A DNA stretch of 64,000 bases from an uncultured Chloroflexia bacterium (GCA_963712735.1 CAVQIZ010000003.1:428855-492854); one strand, 5' to 3'. Shown: positions 27,102 to 34,659, numbered from the stretch's first letter. Made by a program: numbers and translations. Notes: generated by a model not told the origin, from the letters alone.

Positions 27102-28262
27102 ATGCCCCCGCCAGAAGCATCGGTCGAGGCAGTCGCGCGCGCCGCGCTCGCTGACCCCGCGGCGCAGTTGCTGGATTGGTCCGAGATGCCCCTGGGCGGA
27201 GGCTTGACCGCGGAGATCGGGACAAGCGGTGGCGTGCTCAGAGTGCGTGGCCGTGCCCGCTCAAGGGGACAGCCTGTCAGTTGGAGCGCGATCCAGAAGC
27301 TTGTGCGGCCGAGCGCGATCGCGTGGGGCGACGGCACCATTCCTCGGGATGATCCGCGCGGCTTCGAGTACTGGCGTCGCGAGCCCGAGGCATACCGGGA
27401 CGGCCTCCTCGACGAACTCGGACCTCGGTTGTCGGCGCCGCGCTGTTTCGGCGTGCACGAGGACGATCTGGGCATGGTCATCTGGATCGAGGACGTCGAT
27501 GACGACGGGCCCGAAGTATGGGGCCTCGACGACTACCGCGAGGCCGCTCGCGCGCTGGGGGGTTGGAACGGCACCTACCTCGTGGGTCGTCCGCTGCCCG
27601 AGCGGCCGTGGTTCACGCGGAGTCGGATCCCCGACTGGCTGGAGCTGGGAGGCCCAGGCATCGAAGCGATGTCGTCGGCGCGACGCACTGGTCTGCTGGA
27701 GGCCTGGCTCGACGATGCCATGGTGAGGCGCCTACAGGCGCAGTGGACGATGCGCGATCGTCTCATCGAGATCCGTGAACGACTGCCGCAGACCTTGTGT
27801 CACCACGATGCGACCCGTCGGAACCTCGCTTTCCGCGGGGCCGGTGCGGAGCAAACCGTCGTGGCCATCGACTGGCAGTTCATCGGCGCAGGACACCTGG
27901 GCGACGAGATCGCAGCCATGGTGACGGCTACCCTGCAATTCCTCGATGTCCCCGCGAACGACGCTCGAGCGTTCGGGGAGGCGGCTCTCGACGGCTACGT
28001 CGATGGCCTGAGGGACGCGGGCTGGACCGGTGCGCGATCACTCGTGGAGCTTGGCTTCAAGGCCTCCGCGGCACTGCTGATGGGACTCGGCGGCGCCGGG
28101 CTTTGGTTCGAGGGCTTCCGGAACGGGCTGATGACCGAGGCACTCGCCGAGCGGATCGTGGGCCGGTCAGTCGATGAGCTCGGCGCGGCGTGGCCGACTG
28201 TCCAGTCCTACTTCCTCGACCTCGGCGATGAGGCTCTGGAACTGTCAACGCGTCTCGACTAG
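27102..28262 (+). CDS. Aminoglycoside-phosphotransferase-fold kinase family protein
   Basis: LCHHDATRRNL (HxDxxxxN catalytic loop) and VAIDWQFIGAGHLGDE (D-x-x metal-binding motif). The upstream part of the 431-aa ORF is just translated R-element. Confidence 0.75.
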   Translation: MPPPEASVEAVARAALADPAAQLLDWSEMPLGGGLTAEIGTSGGVLRVRGRARSRGQPVSWSAIQKLVRPSAIAWGDGTIPRDDPRGFEYWRREPEAYRDGLLDELGPRLSAPRCFGVHEDDLGMVIWIEDVDDDGPEVWGLDDYREAARALGGWNGTYLVGRPLPERPWFTRSRIPDWLELGGPGIEAMSSARRTGLLEAWLDDAMVRRLQAQWTMRDRLIEIRERLPQTLCHHDATRRNLAFRGAGAEQTVVAIDWQFIGAGHLGDEIAAMVTATLQFLDVPANDARAFGEAALDGYVDGLRDAGWTGARSLVELGFKASAALLMGLGGAGLWFEGFRNGLMTEALAERIVGRSVDELGAAWPTVQSYFLDLGDEALELSTRLD

Positions 28263-28287
28263 GTCTTCGCCCCGCGCCTGCTCGAGC

Positions 28288-28354
28288 GGAGACGGCCTGG
28301 CCGCGTGCTCAGCCCTGGCGGCGACGACCAGACATAGCCCGCTATCCATGGCGG
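28288..28354 (-). repeat. R-element partial copy (distal half) between convergent genes
   Basis: GGAGACGGCCTGGCCGCGTGCTCAGCCCTGGCGGCGACGACCAGACATAGCCCGCTATCCATGGCGG. Confidence 0.6.
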
Positions 28355-28411
28355 TTCCGGCCTGCCCTACTCACCCGTCTCTCCGATGAGCGTCGGAGCG
28401 CATTCGCGTGC

Positions 28412-28789
28412 TCATGACCAACGGACAGCGACCGCGCACGCAACGAGTGGGCCGACCAGCAGGTAGGTCGAGTAGAACAGCCCTGACGCCACACGTGCGC
28501 CGAGGTGGTGTTTGTCGTGGAACTCGAGGATGCTGAAGAACAGGATCACCGTCGCAAGCCAGCCCAGGAGCGTGCCCACCACCAGCACCACCGGCAAGGC
28601 GAACAGGTTCCACTCGGCAAGGGCGATGACGACTCCGGCGATGGCAGCGACCACGCCGGCCGGGAACCAGCCGATGAACCGCACGACCTGGGTCGAACCG
28701 CCGTCGTCGAGGACGGTGAAGCATGCAGGACAGAGCCGGTCGCCGTGCTCGGTCCGTACTCCGCAATTCAGGCAGCGCGCTGAACGCAT
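28412..28789 (-). CDS. Zn-ribbon (CxxC...CxxC) membrane protein, paralog of 34786..35163
   Basis: MRSARCLNCGVRTEHGDRLCPACF followed by 3-4 hydrophobic helices. Near-identical paralog at 34786. Confidence 0.7.
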   Translation of the reverse strand: MRSARCLNCGVRTEHGDRLCPACFTVLDDGGSTQVVRFIGWFPAGVVAAIAGVVIALAEWNLFALPVVLVVGTLLGWLATVILFFSILEFHDKHHLGARVASGLFYSTYLLVGPLVACAVAVRWS

Positions 28790-28820
28790 GATGAGCTTCT
28801 CGGTATCTCGTGCCGGGACT

Positions 28821-28918
28821 ACGGTCCCGCACCCCATTCATTGGGTCAAGAGCTGGAAGGCATAACGGCTGCCGTCACCATGGCGGCGACGACCAGACCA
28901 AACCCGCTACTCATGGCG
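28821..28918 (-). repeat. R-element full copy with TTGACC-N17-GACCGT
   Basis: GGGTCAAGAGCTGGAAGGCATAACGGCTGCCGTCACCATGGCGGCGACGACCAGACCAAACCCGCTACTCATGGCG. Confidence 0.8.
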
Positions 28919-28925
28919 GTATGGC

Positions 28926-29535
28926 CTAGCCTTCGGTGGGCAGGAACTCGAAGGACTCGGCGATCGCCAGCCACAAGTCGTCGCGACGGGTAGCAGCCAC
29001 GCAGTCCATGAGGTAGTACCAGCCACGGTGTAGCCACTCGAAGGTGGCGTCCTCCTCGGAGCCCGCCGGTCCCTGGGACAGGAACGAGCGTAGTGCATTC
29101 CCAGAGGGCAGAACGATCGGCTCACGACGGACGGCGGCGTAGTACTCCTCGTCCGACTCCTTCCGCATCACCGCAAGGTCCGCCAAGGTCATCTCGTCGC
29201 ATGGCCACGTATCGACGTAGACGTTGTTGCGCCAGTCAGCTGGGTCGCCCGCGAGAAGAGCCGTGGTCATCTGTTGACCGGCTATCACCGACCGCGACTC
29301 GTCGTCGAATTGCTCCATCGCCTCGGCAAGGTCGGGATGCCAGAAGATCGAAGGCGATCCAGTCGTCGGGCACCGAGAGGCCGAAGCCTGCTGGATGGAC
29401 GTGGATGCGCCCGCCAACGACGATGGGAGCATCCGCCTCGCTGTCGGGTGACGGTGTGTCCCACGCCTGGTCGCCGGAGGCGCTGCGGTCGAGCCAGTCG
29501 CCGAACTCCCCAAGGAACGGAGATGGGTGATGCAT
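28926..29535 (-). CDS. Fam-1 protein, frame-disrupted at ~29340 as assembled
   Basis: GGRIHVHPAGFGLSVPDDWIAFDL (ORF 29236..29571) continues in ORF 28926..29636 as HPDLAEAMEQFDDES...DDLWLAIAESFEFLPTEG. Removing one G of CTGGCA restores AFDLLHPDLAEA. Confidence 0.65.
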
Positions 29536-29562
29536 GTCATCCCCTTCGCGTGGCCATCTCTC

Positions 29563-29654
29563 AGTCTCCACGCCACTCTCCAGCGGGTCAAGGGCCGGAC
29601 GGCCGCCCCTGTGCCATGGCGGCGACGACCAGACATAACCCGCTACTCGTGGCG
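29563..29654 (-). repeat. R-element full copy with TTGACC-N17-GAGACT
   Basis: CAGCGGGTCAAGGGCCGGACGGCCGCCCCTGTGCCATGGCGGCGACGACCAGACATAACCCGCTACTCGTGGCG. Confidence 0.8.
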
Positions 29655-29705
29655 GTGCTCAAGCACCAACAGCGAGCACGATGGACGGCGGCGGGACAAT
29701 GGTAC

Positions 29706-29782
29706 GTAGCGGGAGGCAGCGAAACGCGGTCCACACCATGGCCGCCGGGACCGCGCCGAGCCACTGGCGAACCCGGCCCGCC
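29706..29782 (+). repeat. R-element, inverted (B-type) variant upstream of a Fam-2 gene
   Basis: GTAGCGGGAGGCAGCGAAACGCGGTCCACACCATGGCCGCCGGGACCGCGCCGAGCCACTGGCGAACCCGGCCCGCC. GACAAT (-10-like) lies just upstream. Confidence 0.65.
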
Positions 29783-29804
29783 TACAGGCCGAGGAGGCTT
29801 GTCC

Positions 29805-30347
29805 ATGCGCACGTCGCGATCGTTCCTCGTGGGGTTGGGCGCTCTCAGTCTGGTTGCCAGCCTGTCTTTGGCGGTGGTGGCGCAAGACGAAGAGGAGCTG
29901 GAGCCACCCACGGCCACCTTCGTTACGGGGGTCGCGGTCTCCAAACTAGAGGATGTCGACTTCGCCGGGTGGGAGATGGAGTGGAGCGACCCGCGTCTGC
30001 CGTCGCGGGCGCAGTACCGGTTCAGCGCGGAGACAGGGCGGAGCGATCATCCCGACGGGACCGTCATGGCCGCGCAGATGGTGGCGGTGGTGCGGCTCGA
30101 CGGTCCTGATGGCGGCTGGTCCGGGACCGACTGGATCCTGGCATGGACATTGGAACCTGAACCGGGTGAGAAGGGTCGGGACACGTGGATCGAGGTGTTG
30201 ATGCTGGATGGTGACGGCGACTACGAGGGCCTCTCGGCCACGCTCACGAACACCGGCCGTGGAGGTTCCCCCGGCCCCTACGAAGGCTTCATCTTCGAGG
30301 GCGAGTTGCCGCGCATGCCGGACCGGATCGAACCGAACTCCGAGTAG
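29805..30347 (+). CDS. Fam-2 secreted protein
   Basis: MRTSRSFLVGLGALSLVASLSLAVVAQ; WSDPRLPSR; GDGDYEGLSA; YEGFIFEGELPRMP; GAGGAGG RBS. Confidence 0.75.
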   Translation: MRTSRSFLVGLGALSLVASLSLAVVAQDEEELEPPTATFVTGVAVSKLEDVDFAGWEMEWSDPRLPSRAQYRFSAETGRSDHPDGTVMAAQMVAVVRLDGPDGGWSGTDWILAWTLEPEPGEKGRDTWIEVLMLDGDGDYEGLSATLTNTGRGGSPGPYEGFIFEGELPRMPDRIEPNSE

Positions 30348-30388
30348 CTGGATCGCGCCGCGTCGGCCGCCTCGGTCGCCACGCTCGG

Positions 30389-30466
30389 CCGGTCAACGCC
30401 CGACGGCCCGGCGGCGGGACGTTGCCATGGCGGCGACGACCAGGCCGAACCGCTGTACTTGGCGAT
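30389..30466 (-). repeat. R-element copy downstream of a Fam-2 gene (no usable -10)
   Basis: CCGGTCAACGCCCGACGGCCCGGCGGCGGGACGTTGCCATGGCGGCGACGACCAGGCCGAACCGCTGTACTTGGCG. Confidence 0.7.
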
Positions 30467-30471
30467 CCTGC

Positions 30472-31056
30472 CTACTCCTGCTCCTCGGGCAGGAACTCGA
30501 TGGTCTGGGCGATCGACAGCCAGTCATCGTCGGGCGCTTCGTCGAGGCTCGTACACCAGAGCCAGACGCAGCCGGGATCCCTCGCGATGACGAACACGGA
30601 ATGGAACACGTCCCGGCCCTGGTGCCGCGTGCGCTGGATGAGGTGGGACGCATGGCCAGCGGGCACGTCCATCTCGATGACACCGAAGCTGTCGTCAGGC
30701 AGGAGGAGGATCGCGAGCGAGAAGGCGACGTCGCGGGTGGTCAGCGGGAGAGGTTGCCATCGGGGTGTGAGGTCGAACGGCCCCAGGTCGCAGTGTTCTT
30801 GTCGCTGCTCATACGCCGGAGCGATCCCACGCGCCAGCACGGGGAAGATCGGGATGGCCGGCCCCTGCATCCGTCCCGCGCGTGTCCTCGGGAGTGCCTC
30901 GGGTGTGACGAGGACCTCCCAGTCGACTGGATACGTCTCCGCGACGTCAGCCCATGGCATCTCGATCCGCTGCCCTGTGGCCGTCGTGACGGGCTCGGGT
31001 GACTCTGCGGCAGCGGCGACGGCATCGGCCGCCGACAGTGCCACCACCACCAGCAT
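30472..31056 (-). CDS. Fam-1 secreted protein; start uncertain
   Basis: MLVVVALSAADAVAAAA...; C-terminal PDDDWLSIAQTIEFLPEEQE. The upstream portion of the 242-aa ORF is translated R-element. Confidence 0.7.
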   Translation of the reverse strand: MLVVVALSAADAVAAAAESPEPVTTATGQRIEMPWADVAETYPVDWEVLVTPEALPRTRAGRMQGPAIPIFPVLARGIAPAYEQRQEHCDLGPFDLTPRWQPLPLTTRDVAFSLAILLLPDDSFGVIEMDVPAGHASHLIQRTRHQGRDVFHSVFVIARDPGCVWLWCTSLDEAPDDDWLSIAQTIEFLPEEQE

Positions 31057-31121
31057 CGTCACGAATCGAGTCCTCTTCGTCCTTGCTGTGGATGCCTTCT
31101 TCTTCCCCGCGCCGCTCTCCC

Positions 31122-31220
31122 GGTTCAAGGGCCGGACGGCCCGGCGGCCCGGCGGCCCGGCGGCTTGGCGGCTTGGCGGCCATGGTGGCACCGACCACAT
31201 ATCACCCGCGCTTCATGGCG
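31122..31220 (-). repeat. R-element copy containing an 8-nt microsatellite (GGCCCGGC x3, GGCTTGGC x2)
   Basis: GGTTCAAGGGCCGGACGGCCCGGCGGCCCGGCGGCCCGGCGGCTTGGCGGCTTGGCGGCCATGGTGGCACCGACCACATATCACCCGCGCTTCATGGCG. Confidence 0.7.
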
Positions 31221-31408
31221 ATATCGGGACGCTCGTCGTAGTCCAGCGAGGATGCGCGAGCGGAATCCAGGAACCCGCTGAGCAATATGATGGCCAGCAC
31301 GATCACCATCACGCCGAGGAGCAGTGGCAAATCGCGCCGCCAGCGAGACCTCTGATTGATCTCAGCTTGCAGCTCTCGATCCAACTCTGGATCACCGCGC
31401 GAGTACAT
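31202..31408 (-). CDS. 68-aa single-TM protein; last codons and stop lie inside the R-element
   Basis: MYSRGDPELDRELQAEINQRSRWRRDLPLLLGVMVIVLAIILLSGFL... GGGAGG RBS. Downstream of a TCGACC-N17-CACGAT promoter. Confidence 0.45.
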   Translation of the reverse strand: MYSRGDPELDRELQAEINQRSRWRRDLPLLLGVMVIVLAIILLSGFLDSARASSLDYDERPDIAMKRG

Positions 31409-31433
31409 CGCGGACCTCCCGACGAGTCATGCC

Positions 31434-31520
31434 ATCGTGTGGGCGCGACCGCTGATGGTCGAGTGCCGGACGGCCCGGCGCCATGGCGGCGACGACCAGA
31501 CATCTCCGCTCTTCATGGCG
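31434..31520 (-). repeat. R-element copy with TCGACC-N17-CACGAT
   Basis: GGTCGAGTGCCGGACGGCCCGGCGCCATGGCGGCGACGACCAGACATCTCCGCTCTTCATGGCG. Confidence 0.7.
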
Positions 31521-31560
31521 GTCTCGTGGCTTGCAGCTCACGGCGCGCAGGCCGTGGTTA

Positions 31561-32640
31561 CTATTCTTCCGGCAGGAACTCGAAGGACTCGGCGATGGAC
31601 AGCCACTCCTCACGATGGGACAGCACGCCGGTGCACCAGAGCAAGGCGACGGCGTCGCCCCCACCGATGGCGTAGTGCTCGACGTAGACAGCGCCCGGGC
31701 TGTCGGTGCGGATGCGCCCCGTCATGAACTGGTTCATGAAGACCCGGCTCAGCCCTTCGTGGAGTGGCTCGACGATCAGATCCTCTGACTGCCCGAAGAT
31801 CTCGTTCAAGAACTCGTCGGCGGTGAGCTCGATCGGCGCGGATTTCACGAGCGTGCAGAGGTTCGGCGTGTCGCGCTCGCGTCCCTCGGGCCCCCATGCG
31901 ACGAGTAGGTTCTGCAGCACGACGTCGGGTCCGAAGCGTTCCGGCCCAGACAGGATGAGGATGGCCGTGTCGGAGTCTTCCTCGACGATCTCGATGTCCC
32001 AGTCCTCTGGGGGCGTCACCGCGTAGCCGGGTTCGCGAACCTCGCTCCGCCGACTGGACTCCGGTGGGGAGGAGGGACCCGTCGTCTCGTCGGGCAACCG
32101 CCCTGGCTCGGCGGGCAGGAGCTCGATGGACTCGGCGATGGTGTACCACAGCCGCCCAGCGTAGGCATCGGTCGTGCTGCAGGTCAGCCAGGCGTACCCG
32201 TCGTCGGCCGCGAAGATGTACGTGTCGCTGGTGCCGGCCTGTCCTTGCTTGGGCAGGTCGGGCGCGTACAGGCGCACCGCTTCTCCTGCCGGCAGTTCCG
32301 CCGCGGGGGCGATCTGGGCCTGGCGATAGCCGCGGATGCTACTCAGCGTGGAAGCGATCTCCTCTGGTCGCACACCGTCGAACTGGAACGTCTCCACGAT
32401 GCATCGCCCCGCACCGCCCACCTCGCGAGCGACCAGCACACGGTCGAAGATCGGGAGGCCCTGCTCTCCCGTCGTGACCCGCCAGCCAGCGGGGACGGTC
32501 AGGGCGAGCCCGTGGTCGGGAAACTCGAACCGCTGGTCCTCGGCAATCGGGCTGGGCCTCGGTCGCTGCGCGATGGCCGACGCGCCAGTCACGACCACGA
32601 CGGCGCAGACCAACAGCGCAGAGACAGCTAGACGAACCAT
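31561..32640 (-). CDS. Fam-1 secreted protein with two tandem modules
   Basis: MVRLAVSALLVCAVVVVTGASA. HGLALTVPAGW...RLWYTIAESIELLPAEPG, then PGYAVTPPEDW...REEWLSIAESFEFLPEE. The ATG at 32640 follows GGGGGG, and the upstream ATG overlaps the -10. Confidence 0.8.
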   Translation of the reverse strand: MVRLAVSALLVCAVVVVTGASAIAQRPRPSPIAEDQRFEFPDHGLALTVPAGWRVTTGEQGLPIFDRVLVAREVGGAGRCIVETFQFDGVRPEEIASTLSSIRGYRQAQIAPAAELPAGEAVRLYAPDLPKQGQAGTSDTYIFAADDGYAWLTCSTTDAYAGRLWYTIAESIELLPAEPGRLPDETTGPSSPPESSRRSEVREPGYAVTPPEDWDIEIVEEDSDTAILILSGPERFGPDVVLQNLLVAWGPEGRERDTPNLCTLVKSAPIELTADEFLNEIFGQSEDLIVEPLHEGLSRVFMNQFMTGRIRTDSPGAVYVEHYAIGGGDAVALLWCTGVLSHREEWLSIAESFEFLPEE

Positions 32641-32665
32641 CAGGCCCCCCGATGCGGCTGTCTCC

Positions 32666-32750
32666 ATCCTCCGTGATCTGGTCAGGGGGTCAAGGGCCGG
32701 ACGGCCCGCGCCCTGGCGGCGACGACCAGACCATCCGCAATGCCTGGCGG
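32666..32750 (-). repeat. R-element copy with TTGACC-N16-GAGGAT
   Basis: GGGGGTCAAGGGCCGGACGGCCCGCGCCCTGGCGGCGACGACCAGACCATCCGCAATGCCTGGCGG. Confidence 0.75.
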
Positions 32751-32965
32751 TTCTGGGGCACCGTGACCGCGAAACCGTACTCAGGCATCTCCACCCCATC
32801 ACCGGCCGCGTCGTCAGAGGCGCCGGCAGGCCTGGCCACGATGATCATCAACGCGATGACGACACCGACGGCGACGGTGACCGCGATGACCAGGCGACCC
32901 GTCTTGCTCAGTCCCCATCTCGGAGGGGGGTCTCCGGGGTGGGTGAACCTCCAGCCTTGTGGCAT
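32690..32965 (-). pseudogene. Membrane-anchored Fam-1 remnant truncated by the R-element
   Basis: MPQGW...GRLVIAVTVAVGVVIALMIIVA...EMPEYGFAVTVPQN opens a Fam-1 module (GFAVTVP). It then runs into repeat sequence and stops at the TGA of the repeat's TTGACC. Confidence 0.4.
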
Positions 32966-32971
32966 GCCCCC

Positions 32972-33068
32972 ATCGTCCCCGCCCCGCTCAGCGGGTCAAG
33001 GGCCGGACGGCCCGGCGGCATGCGTGGCCATGGCGGCGACGACCAGACCAAACCCGCTATTCATGGCG
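32972..33068 (-). repeat. R-element, near-consensus full copy with TTGACC-N16-GACGAT, 6 nt before the ATG at 32965
   Basis: CCCCGCTCAGCGGGTCAAGGGCCGGACGGCCCGGCGGCATGCGTGGCCATGGCGGCGACGACCAGACCAAACCCGCTATTCATGGCG. Confidence 0.85.
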
Positions 33069-33192
33069 ATGCTGGAACGGTCCTGGGGAGTGACTTGACG
33101 CGGCCACTAGCCTTGTGGCTCGCGCCGGTCCGGCAGGCAGCAGAAGGCTTGTCCGTCCCCGGATGCACCGCGAGGGCAAAGGAGCATCTTTC

Positions 33193-33759
33193 ATGCGGCC
33201 GATTGAAACCACTGTCGTTTCCATCCTTGCGCTCGGCTTGCTGGCAGGGTCGGCGATCGGGGTCGCGGCGCAGGACGAGGAAGCGCCGGCTGGCGTCACC
33301 AGCTTCACGGGCTCCTTCAGCACGGACGCTGAATGGCCCGATGTGGCAACCGAGACCGAACTCCCGAACGGCTTCTCCGAAACGACCGGTCACGTGAGAC
33401 TGAACAGCTGGGTGTCGAGCGACCCTCGCCTCACCGGGGACGTCGCCACCGTCGTCAACTGGGTCCTCGACCCGGACGGCTTCAGCGCGATGGAGACGGG
33501 TCGCCAGCCCAACATGCTCAACGCGTCCATCACCGAGCTGACCAACGACGGGGGGAGCTGGCTCGGCGAGGGCGTCAGCATGAGCAGCACCGACCTCGAC
33601 GTCGCCACCGACAGCATCATCCTCGTCGGCCGGGACGGATACGAAGGCCTGACGGCCTACGTCCTCGTCGACGGCCGTGAATGGCCGCCCACGTACAGCG
33701 GCGTCATCTTCCCGTCCGCTATGCCCGACGTCCCTGAGGAGCCGTACGCGGGCGAGTAG
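33193..33759 (+). CDS. Fam-2 secreted protein
   Basis: MRPIETTVVSILALGLLAGSAIGVAAQ; SSDPRLTGD; GRDGYEGLTA; YSGVIFPSAMPDVP; AAAGGAG RBS. Confidence 0.75.
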   Translation: MRPIETTVVSILALGLLAGSAIGVAAQDEEAPAGVTSFTGSFSTDAEWPDVATETELPNGFSETTGHVRLNSWVSSDPRLTGDVATVVNWVLDPDGFSAMETGRQPNMLNASITELTNDGGSWLGEGVSMSSTDLDVATDSIILVGRDGYEGLTAYVLVDGREWPPTYSGVIFPSAMPDVPEEPYAGE

Positions 33760-33787
33760 GTCACTCGCGCCACCCGGGCTGTGCGCG

Positions 33788-33827
33788 CCTGCGACGACGA
33801 CCAGACCAAACCCGCTATTCATGGCGG
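33788..33827 (-). repeat. R-element partial copy (distal half)
   Basis: CCTGCGACGACGACCAGACCAAACCCGCTATTCATGGCGG directly after the Fam-2 stop. Confidence 0.6.
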
Positions 33828-33863
33828 TTCTGGGCCACCGCCATCGCGTGGTTGGACACCCGC

Positions 33864-33906
33864 GCGAGAATCTGCATAGCGGGAGGCGATGTCGCGCGGC
33901 CCGCGC
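33864..33906 (+). repeat. R-element B-type variant, truncated
   Basis: GCGAGAATCTGCATAGCGGGAGGCGATGTCGCGCGGCCCGCGC. Shares GAGAAT..TAGCGGGAGGCGATG..GCGCGGCCC with 12697-12735 and 2361-2392. Confidence 0.5.
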
Positions 33907-33921
33907 AGCAGGGGGGAAGTC

Positions 33922-34659
33922 ATGCGAAGACTGTCGATCGCGGGAGCCGTCGTGCTGATGTGCCTAATGCTCGGTGGGATGCCGGCGCTGGCGCAGGAGA
34001 CCGCAGACGAAGCGCCAGCCGGACCGGCCATCGTCACCGGCACCGCGGTGTGTGACGAGTTCACGCCGAATCTCTGGTCCGAGACTGCCTGGGGTGGCTA
34101 CGAGCGTGACGATGGCGCCTGGTGCAACGTAGCAGCGAGTGACCCTCGCGTCAGCGGCGACTTCTTCAACACCTACAACGTGGATTGCTATGGGGTGGAG
34201 CCGGATCAGGCGTTCTGCATCTTCCGCGGGGCCTACGTGTTCGATGCGCCGGACGGCGGCTGGGATTGCACGTGGACAGGATCCGACCTGCCGGTGGAGG
34301 AGACCGGCCTGCTCATCACCGGTATCTGCCACGGCACCGGTGGCTACGAGGAACTGACGCACGTCTACCAGCACACCGATGTCGGGTCGTTCGCGGACGG
34401 CAGCAACTACCGCGCCGCCATCTACGAGGGCGAGCCGGTGCCGTTCTCCGAGGTCATCACCGACCCCGTCGCGGTCGTGATCGCGGGCCGGGACGCCGTG
34501 GCCGGCTACATCGTGCTGCCAGCCCTGCAGTACGTGCCGGGGGCGGAGGTCGGCCCCGATGTCTTCACCGACCCCGGCGAACTCAGGGGGCGCAAGGCCG
34601 CGGTGGACATCCCCGCGGGCACACCTATCACGCCCGACCTGCTGGAACCCGCCGAGTAG
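33922..34659 (+). CDS. Fam-2 secreted protein with a SAF-like C-terminal extension
   Basis: MRRLSIAGAVVLMCLMLGGMPALA; ASDPRVSGD; GTGGYEELTH; IYEGEPVPF. Then ...RKAAVDIPAGTPITPDLL is reminiscent of SAF/CpaB-type domains. Confidence 0.7.
   Translation: MRRLSIAGAVVLMCLMLGGMPALAQETADEAPAGPAIVTGTAVCDEFTPNLWSETAWGGYERDDGAWCNVAASDPRVSGDFFNTYNVDCYGVEPDQAFCIFRGAYVFDAPDGGWDCTWTGSDLPVEETGLLITGICHGTGGYEELTHVYQHTDVGSFADGSNYRAAIYEGEPVPFSEVITDPVAVVIAGRDAVAGYIVLPALQYVPGAEVGPDVFTDPGELRGRKAAVDIPAGTPITPDLLEPAE

Noticed and set aside
28926-28950. Sortase-type LPxTG signal, from the C-terminal ...EFLPTEG and related LPAEE/LPEEQE endings of Fam-1.
   Set aside because: The proteins end immediately after the motif. 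There is no hydrophobic segment or positively charged tail, and the T/G positions are not conserved among paralogs.
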